Positions 31,076-32,000 of a stretch of DNA of 32,000 bases are shown one piece after another. Below the pieces are notes generated by a model. That model made no database searches, was not told where the DNA came from, and saw only the letters and a program-made list of their open reading frames with translations. Source of the DNA: Propionibacterium freudenreichii subsp. freudenreichii (GTDB lineage: Bacteria > Actinomycetota > Actinomycetes > Propionibacteriales > Propionibacteriaceae); assembly GCF_000940845.1 (NCBI RefSeq), contig NZ_CP010341.1, positions 2,370,001 to 2,402,000 on the forward strand, read 5' to 3'. Every line of letters begins with the position of its first letter. The stretch's first letter is position 1. The translations under genes were made by a program, and so were the position numbers.

Positions 31076-32000
31076 TCAGCTGTTCGCGAGCCGGTCGGCC
31101 AATCCCGACATGAGCAGCGCGAACGAGACCGCGCCGGGGTCCTGATGGCCCAGCGAGGCCGTGCCGTGCGTGCGGGCGCGCCCCTTGCGGGCCACCATGT
31201 CGGCGGTGGATTCCGCGCCCTTGGTGGCGGCCTTCGCGGCGGCGGCCCAGGCCGTGGCGAGGTCATCGCCGGCGTCCAGCCGCGCGGTGAGCTCGTCGGC
31301 GAACGGAGCTGTGGCGTCCACCATCGTCTTGTCGCCGGGACGCGCCTCGCCGAGTTGGGCGAAGCGGCGGGCGGCGGCGATGGCGGCGCGGCCGAGACGG
31401 TCGTCCGTGGCGGCCTGGTCGTCGGAGAGCATCGTGCCGAGTTCGCGCAGTGCGGCGCCCCACAGGGCCCCCGAGGTGCCGCCGGCGCCCTCGGACCAGG
31501 CGGCGCCGGCCACGTCGAACAGGGTGGACGTGCCGGCATGGGCGGCAACTGCCTGCTTTGCGGCCTTCAGTGCCGCGGTGCTGCCCAGCACCATGCCCTG
31601 GCCGTGGTCGCCGTCGCCGGCGATGGAGTCGAGCTTGCCCAGCGACGCCTCGTTGGCGCTCGACATGTCCGCGAGGGCCTGCAGCAGCGGCAGCAGCTCC
31701 TCGGCCTGCGCGGCGGATTCGGGGCTGCCGGCCCGGATGGCCACCTTCTCGTCATGGGCGACGACCTCGCGGCGCTGACCGGCGGTGACGCTGCCGGTCT
31801 TGTAGGCGGGCGAGTCGCCGGGGGCGAGCCACAGTTCCTCGAGGTCGGGGTCGAGGTACATCAGGGACAGGGAGACCCCGGCCATGTCGAGCGATGTCAC
31901 CTGCTCGCCGACGATGGGGTGCACGATCGTGAGTCCGTGCTCGGTGAGCAGCTTCTTCACGGTGCCGTAGAGCACGAACAGCTCTTCGTACTTGGTGGCG
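31076..32000 (-). CDS. Fused DhaK-DhaL ATP-dependent dihydroxyacetone/ketose kinase (Dak family); C-terminal ~308 codons, N-terminus beyond the window end
   Basis: The reading frame is open to the window edge (...ATKYEELFVLYGTVKKLL...). It covers the end of the DhaK domain, a linker, and a DhaL domain with the ATP/Mg motif DSIAGDGDHG and GTSGALW. Confidence 0.85.
   Translation of the reverse strand, partial: ATKYEELFVLYGTVKKLLTEHGLTIVHPIVGEQVTSLDMAGVSLSLMYLDPDLEELWLAPGDSPAYKTGSVTAGQRREVVAHDEKVAIRAGSPESAAQAEELLPLLQALADMSSANEASLGKLDSIAGDGDHGQGMVLGSTAALKAAKQAVAAHAGTSTLFDVAGAAWSEGAGGTSGALWGAALRELGTMLSDDQAATDDRLGRAAIAAARRFAQLGEARPGDKTMVDATAPFADELTARLDAGDDLATAWAAAAKAATKGAESTADMVARKGRARTHGTASLGHQDPGAVSFALLMSGLADRLANS

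Overview
This is a high-GC (roughly 68-70%) actinobacterial chromosomal segment. The gene content looks Propionibacteriales-like, but I cannot verify the taxon. All family calls come from motif recognition in the translated ORFs, because no database search was possible.

Left part (1-9.8 kb): a CmtR-type Cd/Pb sensor translationally coupled to a heavy-metal P-type ATPase that runs off the left edge; a GNAT acetyltransferase; a divergent MerR/MFS pair; a class-I glutamine amidotransferase; a Prs paralogue; HdeD/DUF308; a translationally coupled mshA-mshB-like pair; and a lipoprotein.

Middle (9.8-17.3 kb): a membrane-anchored protein gene cleanly split by a 1479-bp single-ORF IS66-family element with 19-bp inverted repeats and a 6-7 bp target duplication; an AadA-like nucleotidyltransferase-fold gene; a hexose-6-phosphate mutarotase; a class-II UvrA paralogue; and a CHY zinc-finger protein.

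Right half (17.3-32 kb): a long polyol/tetritol-type catabolic island, almost entirely on the minus strand. It encodes a fused DhaK-DhaL kinase (partial), an atypical TIM paralogue, a DeoR regulator, an SDR on the plus strand, an RpiB-family isomerase, an unclassifiable polytopic membrane protein, a HAD-IIA phosphatase, a pentulose-type FGGY kinase, a glycerol-1-phosphate-dehydrogenase-like (AraM-like) enzyme, a ribulokinase-family FGGY kinase and transketolase.

The observations most worth following up are:
- Two tandem long hairpins at 17.1-17.3 kb share an identical 26-nt AT-rich apical core, while their stems differ but keep their pairing.
- The island combines two known routes to erythrose-4-phosphate, and its only transporter candidate is the orphan membrane protein.
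- The 840-bp divergent control region at 27.6-28.4 kb is non-coding and repeat-rich.
- Four hairpin units form a tandem array at 26.9-27.0 kb.
- A family of related 21-bp-stem palindromes sits at convergent gene junctions.

I found no CRISPR array, tRNA or rRNA gene, and no recognisable defence system.
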